From the NCBI GenBank assembly GCA_964220215.1, contig CAXPTH010000024.1, positions 1 through 17,608 of the forward strand: 17,608 nt of DNA, read 5' to 3'. Of the stretch, positions 8,544-16,314 are shown in pieces. The position numbers were made by a program, and so were the translations under genes. Under the pieces are notes generated by a model. The model ran no database searches. It saw only the letters and a list, made by a program, of their open reading frames with translations, and had not been told where the DNA came from. The number at the start of each line of letters is the position of its first letter. Positions within the stretch are counted from its first letter, which is position 1. This DNA comes from Alteromonas sp. (GTDB taxonomy: Bacteria > Margulisbacteria > Marinamargulisbacteria > UBA6595).

Positions 8544-9944
8544 ATGGTAGATTTATTAATTATCGGGGCTGGCCCGGGTGGCTATGTAGCGGCGATTCGA
8601 GCCGCACAATTGGGGATGACGGTTACCTTGGTTGAAAAACGAAAAACATTGGGCGGCACCTGTCTCAATGTGGGGTGCATTCCATCCAAAGCATTATTGG
8701 ATTCGTCTGAACACTATCATCAGGCAGCGTCTAAGTTTTCAGTCCACGGAATTTCAGTTAAAGAATTGGGCATTGACTTCAAGCAAATGATGGCCCGCAA
8801 ACAAGATGTTGTGAATTCAACCGTTAGTGGCATTGATTATTTAATGAACAAGCATGGCATTACGGTTGTGCATGGGTCGGCCACGATTGTTGGTCCCAAT
8901 CACGTGTGCGTGGATACCCAAACCTTGGAAGCCAAGCGCATTTTAATTGCAACCGGGTCTGAGCCCACACCGCTACCCAGTGTTCCGTTTGATGGTAAAC
9001 GGATTTTATCGTCAACCGAGGCGTTGTCTTTGCCTAAGATACCCAAAACCATGATTGTCATTGGGGGTGGCGTGATCGGGGTTGAGTTGGCATCGGTGTA
9101 TGCCCGGTTGGGCACAGAAGTGACCATTGTTGAATATGCGAGTGGCTTGATTTCTGCCATGGACGTTGACTTGGGGCGTGCACTACAAAAAAGTTTGAAA
9201 AAATTGGGCATTCAGATTCATACGCGTACAGAGGTAACCGGTTGCAGCGTCACCAAAACCAATGCAACCCTAACAGCCAAACAAAAAAATGCCGACGTTG
9301 AATTTAAGGCTGAGGTTGTCCTCGTTGCCGTGGGGCGCCGAGCCTATACCGAATCGTTGGGGGTATCTGAGTTGGGCATTGCGTTGGATGCACGGGGTCG
9401 GATTCCAGTGACAGCCGCGTATCAAACCACGGTCCCCAGTATTTATGCGATTGGGGATGTGATTTCTGGTGAATCCTGGGGCCATAAGGCCTACATGTTG
9501 GCGCACCAGGCGTCAGAAGAAGCGGTTGTATGCGTGGAGATGATGGCTGGTCAGCAACCACACTTGGATTACAATTGCATTCCTGGGGTTGTGTACACGT
9601 GGCCAGAAGTTGCGGCTGTGGGTAAAACAGAAGCCGAATTAACAGCGGCTAACGTCCCGTATCGATCCGGAAAATTCCCCTTTAAAGCCAGTGGGCGTGC
9701 ACGAGCCGCAGAAGAATCCGATGGCTTCATTAAAGTGTTGGCTCACGCAGAAACAGATGAAGTCTTGGGCATTCATATGATTGGCCCGCGGGTTGCCGAT
9801 TTAATTCATTCGGCTGTTACAGCGATGGAGTACCGGGCATCCGCTGAAGATATTGCACGACTATGTGCCCCACACCCAACATTTAGCGAAGCATTGAAAG
9901 AGGCGGCCCTGGATGCGACCGAACACCGACCCATCCACATCTAA
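8544..9944 (+). CDS. lpdA: Dihydrolipoyl dehydrogenase (E3)
   Basis: GAGPGGY FAD motif, redox disulfide GGTCLNVGCIPSK, GGGVIGVE NAD motif, C-terminal HPTFSE; GGAG RBS. Confidence 0.97.
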   Translation: MVDLLIIGAGPGGYVAAIRAAQLGMTVTLVEKRKTLGGTCLNVGCIPSKALLDSSEHYHQAASKFSVHGISVKELGIDFKQMMARKQDVVNSTVSGIDYLMNKHGITVVHGSATIVGPNHVCVDTQTLEAKRILIATGSEPTPLPSVPFDGKRILSSTEALSLPKIPKTMIVIGGGVIGVELASVYARLGTEVTIVEYASGLISAMDVDLGRALQKSLKKLGIQIHTRTEVTGCSVTKTNATLTAKQKNADVEFKAEVVLVAVGRRAYTESLGVSELGIALDARGRIPVTAAYQTTVPSIYAIGDVISGESWGHKAYMLAHQASEEAVVCVEMMAGQQPHLDYNCIPGVVYTWPEVAAVGKTEAELTAANVPYRSGKFPFKASGRARAAEESDGFIKVLAHAETDEVLGIHMIGPRVADLIHSAVTAMEYRASAEDIARLCAPHPTFSEALKEAALDATEHRPIHI

Positions 9945-10878
9945 ACTGTTTAATGCGTGGCTGTGGCTGCTCATTGGCCTGGTATTCGCAACGGTATTGG
10001 TCGGTGGGTTGACCCGGTTGTATGAGGCGGGTCTATCCATGGTGGATTGGCGGCCCATTGGTGGCATTTTGCCCCCATTAACGGGGACCGATTGGCAGGT
10101 TGAGTTTTCTCGGTATCAGGCTTACCCACAGTATCAAAAAGTGATGCAGGGCATTTCATTAAGCCAGTTCAAATGGCTCTTTTTTTGGGAATGGTTTCAT
10201 CGCATTATGGGGCGAATTGTTGGGCTGGTTGCGTTATTGGGGGCGCTGGTATTTGGTGTGCAGCGCCGATGGTCAGCCAGTCTAGTATTTTTAGGCGTAG
10301 TTATGCAAGGTATTGTGGGATGGTTGATGGTCCAAACTGGGCTTGTTGATGCACCATCGGTTAGCCCATATGCTTTAATGATTCATTTGTCCTTAGCAAC
10401 GGCCTTATTATTGCTGTGTGTGGGTTTGCTGGCCCAATCGTGGGCCCCCTTGTTTTGTATGCCACGAATGCGGTATGCCCTGTGGGGATTATGCAGCATG
10501 CTAGGCATTCAAATTATGTTGGGGGCGGTGGTAGCCGGTTTGGATGCCGGTATCGGCTACAATACATTTCCCTTAATGAATGGCCAATGGTTGCCCATTG
10601 AAGAGCCTCATCCCTATGTTATGCAATGGATTCATCGCTTTTTTGGTGTTTTGATTGGCGTGACATCAATCTGGGTATTTTTTCAAACCAAAGGGTCTTC
10701 ATCTGCATTAAAACGCTGGTGTTTGTTTATTTGTGTTGCGGTTGGCATGCAAATTGCACTGGGCATTATGACGTTGGTGTATTTAGTGCCGACGCACTTG
10801 GCATCCCTGCATCAACTGATGGGCTTGGCATTAATTGCGTTAGTGTTTAGTATTGCCGTCCGGTTGAGACGGGTGTAG
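9913..10878 (+). CDS. ctaA: Heme A synthase, COX15/CtaA family (type 2, without the Cys pair)
   Basis: GGLTRL..AGLSMVDWRP, EWFHR, GWLMVQTGL, IHL, VAGLDAG..YNTFPLMNG, QWIHR, LHQ; multiple TM helices. Start as called overlaps lpdA by 32 nt and is somewhat uncertain. Confidence 0.92.
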   Translation: MRPNTDPSTSKLFNAWLWLLIGLVFATVLVGGLTRLYEAGLSMVDWRPIGGILPPLTGTDWQVEFSRYQAYPQYQKVMQGISLSQFKWLFFWEWFHRIMGRIVGLVALLGALVFGVQRRWSASLVFLGVVMQGIVGWLMVQTGLVDAPSVSPYALMIHLSLATALLLLCVGLLAQSWAPLFCMPRMRYALWGLCSMLGIQIMLGAVVAGLDAGIGYNTFPLMNGQWLPIEEPHPYVMQWIHRFFGVLIGVTSIWVFFQTKGSSSALKRWCLFICVAVGMQIALGIMTLVYLVPTHLASLHQLMGLALIALVFSIAVRLRRV

Positions 10879-11781
10879 GCAGTCGTGATCAACCGGCGCA
10901 ATGTCTTGGGCATGCACCGTTAAATACTCGTAGGCTTCGTGCCCCGATGGGCGTTGGGATGGGTCCCGATGCAGTAGGGCTTGAATTAGGGGTAGAATTT
11001 GGGATGTGGTTGGCTCAGACTCGGCGATCAATGCATCCAGGTGCTGATGCAATCGATGATGAATATTTGGAATTGCCTGTGTATTTTTTTTATCGAACAC
11101 TTTGGTTTTTGAATGCGCAAAAATAGTTTTGTAAAAAAACAAATGAAACAATAGGCACCCCAAACTCCACAAATCAACCGCATGGGTTTGCGGGTATTTG
11201 GCATCAAATTTTTCGGGGGCATTGTATGTTTTGCTGCCACTGCTTCCCGTATTGGCATCACTGCGTTGGCTCAATCCAAAATCAATTAATTTAGCATGCA
11301 GGGGGTGTTCTTGGATCATAATATTATGGGGTTTAATATCCCGGTGTGTGAACCCTTGGGTATGCAAGTAATGCATGCCGCAGCACACTTGGCGTGCAAT
11401 GTGCCAACGACTCGCCTGTGCGGTATCGGATGGTTCGCTGGCCCATTGCTGAATGTGGGTGTGTAGGGGAATTCCCTGAATCCGTTCATACAAAATATAC
11501 ATGGTTTGATTGTCCGTGTCATAATACTCTTCAAAACTACGAATAATAAAGGGATGGTCCAAGTGCATACGTGTTAATTCGATTTCTTGTTGAATGAGCG
11601 TAAGTTGGCGCTTGGTTTTAATGGGAATCTTTTTGATCACCAATTGCGGTTTGCCTAAAACTGAAAACACAGACCCGAAGCCGCCCTTTCCGATGCATTC
11701 ACCCACGCTGTACGTGTGCCCGTAATGACGAAACGAAATGTGATCCGAATCATCCTCTGGGATTAAACTGGATAAGCGCAT
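10840..11781 (-). CDS. Stand-alone Hanks-type Ser/Thr protein kinase
   Basis: IGKGGFGSVF, VIKKI, helix-C Glu (QQEI), HRDIKPHN, DFG, APE, DLWSLGC, DPSQRPS; no TM segment. ATG 11781 preferred to TTG 11787. Confidence 0.92.
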   Translation of the reverse strand: MRLSSLIPEDDSDHISFRHYGHTYSVGECIGKGGFGSVFSVLGKPQLVIKKIPIKTKRQLTLIQQEIELTRMHLDHPFIIRSFEEYYDTDNQTMYILYERIQGIPLHTHIQQWASEPSDTAQASRWHIARQVCCGMHYLHTQGFTHRDIKPHNIMIQEHPLHAKLIDFGLSQRSDANTGSSGSKTYNAPEKFDAKYPQTHAVDLWSLGCLLFHLFFYKTIFAHSKTKVFDKKNTQAIPNIHHRLHQHLDALIAESEPTTSQILPLIQALLHRDPSQRPSGHEAYEYLTVHAQDIAPVDHDCLHPSQPDGNTKH

Positions 11782-11788
11782 GGCCAAT

Positions 11789-12424
11789 CTAAGATTGGGT
11801 TTTTCGATATAGCGTTACACCCAATAAAAACAGTAAATACAGGACAATAGAAACAATAAATTCAAAACTTTTAATATTCATTAAGTTGCTGCCAATATTG
11901 GCAATAATAAAGGTGATGGGGGCCAACCCAATTAAACTACCTAAGGCATAATCAAACAACCGAATCGGGGACAGCGATAATCCGTAATTAATGGCCCAGG
12001 CTGGAATCGGGATAAATCGAATGCCAATGGCCATCCACAACGCATTCTTTTGAACCGATTGATCCAATTTGGATAACTTTGGAAACCGATTAAACAGAGG
12101 GGTTCGAATCATATCATACAAACAGTATCGGGTTAGTCCAAACGCAATCAATGCCCCCAATGTCAAACCGGCCAAGCATAAAGCCCCGCCCAATAGGGGG
12201 CCAAACAAATACCCACTGGCCATTAAAAATGGTGCGGTTGGTAAAATAGTCACCGAGACCAGTCCAACCAGGCCTGAAAATAGGATTCTGGCGCGAATGC
12301 TTGTGGGGTCAATGCCGCCGTCGGACTGCACCCAGGTCAGGGCATTGGTTTTTGTTAAAATTAGGCTTAATACAGCAATAATTAGCACCAAGCCAACAAG
12401 TTTTAGAATTGCTTGTTTGGTCAT
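11789..12424 (-). CDS. TVP38/TMEM64 (DedA/VTT superfamily) membrane protein
   Basis: LPTAPFLMASGYLFGPLLG, GALIAFGLTRY, RFIPIP..INYGLSLSPI..FDYALGSLIGLAP; multi-pass hydrophobic pattern. Confidence 0.85.
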   Translation of the reverse strand: MTKQAILKLVGLVLIIAVLSLILTKTNALTWVQSDGGIDPTSIRARILFSGLVGLVSVTILPTAPFLMASGYLFGPLLGGALCLAGLTLGALIAFGLTRYCLYDMIRTPLFNRFPKLSKLDQSVQKNALWMAIGIRFIPIPAWAINYGLSLSPIRLFDYALGSLIGLAPITFIIANIGSNLMNIKSFEFIVSIVLYLLFLLGVTLYRKTQS

Positions 12425-12433
12425 AATAATTAG

Positions 12434-13195
12434 TTACAGTGTAGCATAATTTTGGAAAACAACGCCCAATTCATCCGTTGCTTTTTGCGAACAGACACGC
12501 TTGTGTGGGAGGCAGTCTTCACCCAAATCCAGTCCATAAAATACAGACTTGGTGGGGTGGTCCGGGTGCACGCCATTGTAAATTGTCTGGACTTTTTTCT
12601 GGTCAATAATTGCTGTAATCAACGCAACGCAATCGTTGAGATGGATCATATTTACGGGTGTGTTGCCGCCTAAGGCCTGTCCGTTGGCTTTCCGAGCGGC
12701 AATAAACCGACCCTTTTCACGCCCTGGCCCATACAACCCGCCCAATCGAACAACTGTTGCGGGTACAGGGCCCGATAAAAAATAATCCTCAACGGCTAAT
12801 AAGGCCCGTTGGCGATCCGTTTCGGGTACAATGCAATCCGATTCCTTGGCCAGTTGGCCATGATTGGGGTATACGCCGGTTGAGGAGGTGAAAATTACGT
12901 GCTGAATCACATCGGGATCCAATACAGGGCTTAATCTTTCGCACTGCTTTAAATAATCCATCGGATCCATGAAGCTTCGCCGAAATGGCAGGGTGACAAT
13001 CAGGCAGTCTGTATTAAAAAATTCGCTAGGCAATGGCGGTGTGTGCGTGGCGGACAGTTGAATGGGCACATGCTGCAAGCCCGGAATTTTAGGGTCCTCG
13101 TTTGTGGTGCTTCCCATGACTGACCAACCCATGGCTAGGTAATGCTGGGCCAAGGCGCTACCCAGCCACCCGGTGCCCAATAGGGATACACGCAT
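12434..13195 (-). CDS. NAD(P)-binding atypical SDR / epimerase-like protein (YeeZ-like)
   Basis: N-terminal VSLLGTGWLG Rossmann motif, FTSSTGVY, VVRLGGLYGPGR, VNMIHLND; ATG 13195 lies 2 nt after the menB stop. Confidence 0.8.
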   Translation of the reverse strand: MRVSLLGTGWLGSALAQHYLAMGWSVMGSTTNEDPKIPGLQHVPIQLSATHTPPLPSEFFNTDCLIVTLPFRRSFMDPMDYLKQCERLSPVLDPDVIQHVIFTSSTGVYPNHGQLAKESDCIVPETDRQRALLAVEDYFLSGPVPATVVRLGGLYGPGREKGRFIAARKANGQALGGNTPVNMIHLNDCVALITAIIDQKKVQTIYNGVHPDHPTKSVFYGLDLGEDCLPHKRVCSQKATDELGVVFQNYATL

Positions 13196-13197
13196 GG

Positions 13198-14070
13198 TTA
13201 AAACGCCCAAGGAAATGACGTATAGTCCACCGGTCGTTTGTCTAAAAATGCCTGGCGTCCTTCAATCGCCTCATCGGTTCCATAGGCCAAGCGTGTGGCT
13301 TCACCGGCAAACAACTGTTGCCCAACCATCCCATCATCGGGCAAATTCATGGCGTACTTAAGCATGCGAATCGCCGTGGGGGATTTCTGATTAATGAGTT
13401 CCGCCCATTGACAGGCATCAGATTCCAAGTTTTCATGCTCACACACCCGATTCACCGTCCCCATGGCAGCGGCTGTTTCTGCGTCATAGGGTTGCCCCAA
13501 GAAAAAAATTTCCCGAGCTTTTTTTTGCCCGACTTGTTTGGCTAAATAGGCGGAGCCATAGCCACCGTCAAAACTGGCTACATCGGCATCGGTTTGTTTA
13601 AATTGGGCATGCTCTCTGGACGCTATGGTTAAATCACACACAACATGCAACGAATGCCCGCCGCCAGCCGCCCAACCCGGAACCACGGCGATCACGACTT
13701 TGGGTAAAAATCGAATGGCTCGCTGAACCTCTAAAATATGCAGTCGGCCCATTGACGGACTGTCCGATTTGGACGCATTGGCGTACTGATACCCATTGGG
13801 CCCCCGTGCGTTTTGGTCCCCCCCGGTACAAAAAGACCATTTTCCATGTTTTTTAGAGGGTCCATTCCCGGTTAACAGCACAACCCCAATGCGGGGTTCG
13901 TGGTGAATATGAGTCAACACGGTTAATAATTGATCCACGGTTTCGGGGCGAAACGCATTCAAGACTTCGGGTCGATTAAACGCAACGCGAGCCGTTTGCC
14001 CATCTTGGCTAATATGATAGGTCAGATCGTCGGTCGCCAATTCTGGGGCTTGCCAATAGTCTGGATTCAT
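13198..14070 (-). CDS. menB: 1,4-dihydroxy-2-naphthoyl-CoA synthase
   Basis: FNRPEVLNAFRP, FCTGGDQ, GRLHILEVQRAIRF, GWAAGGGHSLHVVCDL, VASFDGGYGS, GQKKAREIFFLG, QQLFAGEATRLAY. Start ATG 14070 or the track start 14091. Confidence 0.95.
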   Translation of the reverse strand: MNPDYWQAPELATDDLTYHISQDGQTARVAFNRPEVLNAFRPETVDQLLTVLTHIHHEPRIGVVLLTGNGPSKKHGKWSFCTGGDQNARGPNGYQYANASKSDSPSMGRLHILEVQRAIRFLPKVVIAVVPGWAAGGGHSLHVVCDLTIASREHAQFKQTDADVASFDGGYGSAYLAKQVGQKKAREIFFLGQPYDAETAAAMGTVNRVCEHENLESDACQWAELINQKSPTAIRMLKYAMNLPDDGMVGQQLFAGEATRLAYGTDEAIEGRQAFLDKRPVDYTSFPWAF

Positions 14071-14153
14071 TAAGGGTGAATACACGGGCAAAATCTGGCT
14101 TATTTCAGCTTAAATCTGGTTACAATCATACACTCAATGGTACCATAAGAGAT

Positions 14154-15356
14154 ATGAACATGAATACTGCCGCTGAAACCGCCAAGCGCTACCTCATTGA
14201 TGGCGTGAATAGCCCCATTCGAACGGGTGCTTCTGGCGATGGTGAGATGCTGTTTATTCAATCGGGGTCTGGGTCCAAAGTCACGGCCTTAGACGGAACG
14301 GTCTATGTGGACTATGTGTTGGCATACGGCCCGTTGTTATTGGGTCATGCGCATCCAGCGGTGGTTGACGCCGTGAGTCAGCAAGCGACGCTGGGTACTG
14401 TGTTTGGGAGCTGTTCGGTGCTTGAGGCTGAATTTGCCAAACGCATTCAGTCGGTGTATCCCACCATGGAGACGATGCGATTTGTAAACTCGGGGGCTGA
14501 AGCGACGCTCAATGCCATGCGATTGGCGCGAGGAATTACGGGTCGATCTAAAATCATTCAATTTCGGGGCTGCTATCATGGGCACATAACCCCCGGAGCG
14601 GATACGGATACGCTACTGTGCGATTACAATGACCGTGCATCTGTTCAGGCGTTGATTGAATCGGAATCGGTTGCGGGCATTATCGTGGAGCCGGTGTGTG
14701 GCAACATGGGGGTGATTGCGCCAGAGCCGGGCTTTTTGGCTGCGTTGCGTGCGTTAACCCAGGCATCGGGGAGCCTATTAATTTTTGATGAAGTCATGAC
14801 CGGATTTCGGTCTGCGTTGGGGGGCGCGCAATCCTTGTATTCGATTCAGCCGGATATCACCTGTTTGGCCAAAGTTGTTGGCGGAGGGCTCCCCTGTGCG
14901 GTCGTGGGGGGACGCACGGAGTATATGCATTATTTTGCACCCAAAGGGTCGGTGTACCAAGCGGGTACCTTTAATGGAAACCCTTTATGCATGGCGGCAG
15001 GCATTGCGGCCATCGACACCATTGTTCAAACGCAAGCCGCTGAGCGTGCGGCCGAAACAGCCACGCAATTGGCATCAGAACTGCGAGCGTGTAGTGCTCG
15101 GTATGCAACGCCGGTATCGGTGGCGCAGGTTGGGTCGATGCTATCGGTCTTTTTTTCAGACGAATGTCCAAAATCGTTTGCGGATGTTCAGCGGAGCCAG
15201 ACGGCATTATTTCCCCAGTATTACGCGGCGATGAAAGCGGCGGGTGTGTTGATCCCCCCGTCTCCGTATGAAGCCTATTTCGTGTCATCGGTTCACGATG
15301 CGTCGGATGTTGCGGCAATGGTACGGGGCTTGGATCAATTTTTAGCCACGCAATGA
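14154..15356 (+). CDS. hemL: Glutamate-1-semialdehyde 2,1-aminomutase (class III PLP enzyme) with an internal deletion
   Basis: GVNSPIR, YGPLLLGHAHP, RFVNSGAEA, GCYHGH, EPVCGNMG, FDEVMTGFR, AKVVGGGLP (PLP Lys), YQAGTFNGNP, PSPYEA; coupled to hemF. Start ATG 14154 or 14160 rather than 14076. Confidence 0.88.
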   Translation: MNMNTAAETAKRYLIDGVNSPIRTGASGDGEMLFIQSGSGSKVTALDGTVYVDYVLAYGPLLLGHAHPAVVDAVSQQATLGTVFGSCSVLEAEFAKRIQSVYPTMETMRFVNSGAEATLNAMRLARGITGRSKIIQFRGCYHGHITPGADTDTLLCDYNDRASVQALIESESVAGIIVEPVCGNMGVIAPEPGFLAALRALTQASGSLLIFDEVMTGFRSALGGAQSLYSIQPDITCLAKVVGGGLPCAVVGGRTEYMHYFAPKGSVYQAGTFNGNPLCMAAGIAAIDTIVQTQAAERAAETATQLASELRACSARYATPVSVAQVGSMLSVFFSDECPKSFADVQRSQTALFPQYYAAMKAAGVLIPPSPYEAYFVSSVHDASDVAAMVRGLDQFLATQ

Positions 15357-16285
15357 CCATGCGTGCCGCAATGGCCCGTTTGGTGTATGATGCTCAGTCT
15401 CAGATTATTTCCGGTTTGGAAGCCATTGATGGGGGAGCGTTTTACAAAGACCCGTGGACGTATGCATCGGGTGGGGGTGGGCTGACGGGTGTGTTGGATG
15501 ATGGGGCGGTTATTGAACGGGGTGGGGTGAATGTCTCGGAGGTTCGGGGGCCGTTAACCGATCGTATGATTCAGGTATTGGCGATTGACCCGGGGCGATT
15601 GGGCTTGGCTCCTCATACGGCGACCTTTTATGCGGTTGGGATTAGTGGGGTGATTCACCCTAGAAATCCGATGGCGCCGACGGTTCATTTTAATTGGCGA
15701 TATTTTGAATTGGAGTCGGCTAGCGGTGTGGCTACGTGGTGGTTTGGGGGTGGGGCTGATTTAACGCCGTATTATCTGGATGAATCGGATTGCGTGTTGT
15801 TTCATCAGCATCAAAAGGCGGCGTGTGATGCGGTTGATGCGGGTTTGTATGGGGTGTTAAAGCCAGCGGCGGATGATTATTTTTATTTGCCATTTCGCAA
15901 AGAGCATCGGGGTGTTGGGGGTACGTTTTACATGAAGCGGTCGGATTTACCGGCGGATGCGTGGTATGCGTTGGCTGAGGGTGGTTTGAGCAGCATTTTA
16001 CCGAGTTATGGTGAAATACTTAAGAGGCAGTCCATGCGGGGGTATACGGATGCCCAGCGGGAGTGGCAGTTGTACCGCCGGGGACGGTATGTGGAGTTTA
16101 ATTTAGTATCGGATGTGGGGACTCAGTTTGGGTTGGCGTCGGGTGGCCGAACGGAGAGTATTTTGATTTCAATGCCCCGGCATGCGATGTGGTCGTATAA
16201 TCGGGAGATTATTCCGGGTAGCCCGGAGGCTGAGCTTATGGCGGTGGTTACGGAACCTCGGGATTGGGTGTCAGCCAGCGCATAG
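15353..16285 (+). CDS. hemF: Oxygen-dependent coproporphyrinogen III oxidase
   Basis: ERGGVNVSEV, IHPRNPMAPTVHFNWRYF, WWFGGGADLTPYY, EHRGVGG, RRGRYVEFNL, GGRTESILISMP; ATGA overlap with the hemL stop. Confidence 0.96.
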   Translation: MTMRAAMARLVYDAQSQIISGLEAIDGGAFYKDPWTYASGGGGLTGVLDDGAVIERGGVNVSEVRGPLTDRMIQVLAIDPGRLGLAPHTATFYAVGISGVIHPRNPMAPTVHFNWRYFELESASGVATWWFGGGADLTPYYLDESDCVLFHQHQKAACDAVDAGLYGVLKPAADDYFYLPFRKEHRGVGGTFYMKRSDLPADAWYALAEGGLSSILPSYGEILKRQSMRGYTDAQREWQLYRRGRYVEFNLVSDVGTQFGLASGGRTESILISMPRHAMWSYNREIIPGSPEAELMAVVTEPRDWVSASA

Positions 16286-16314
16286 CTGGCTGAATGGGAT
16301 TAATGACTATAGAC

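Noticed and set aside
400..15360. Numerous 60-130 aa ORFs antisense to or out of frame within the identified genes
   Set aside because: They lie inside well-supported genes and show no recognisable motifs; treated as shadow ORFs.
15353..16285. Strong G/T richness of the plus strand in hemF
   Set aside because: Consistent with ordinary strand and codon bias; the protein is a normal HemF and I cannot quantify the skew here.
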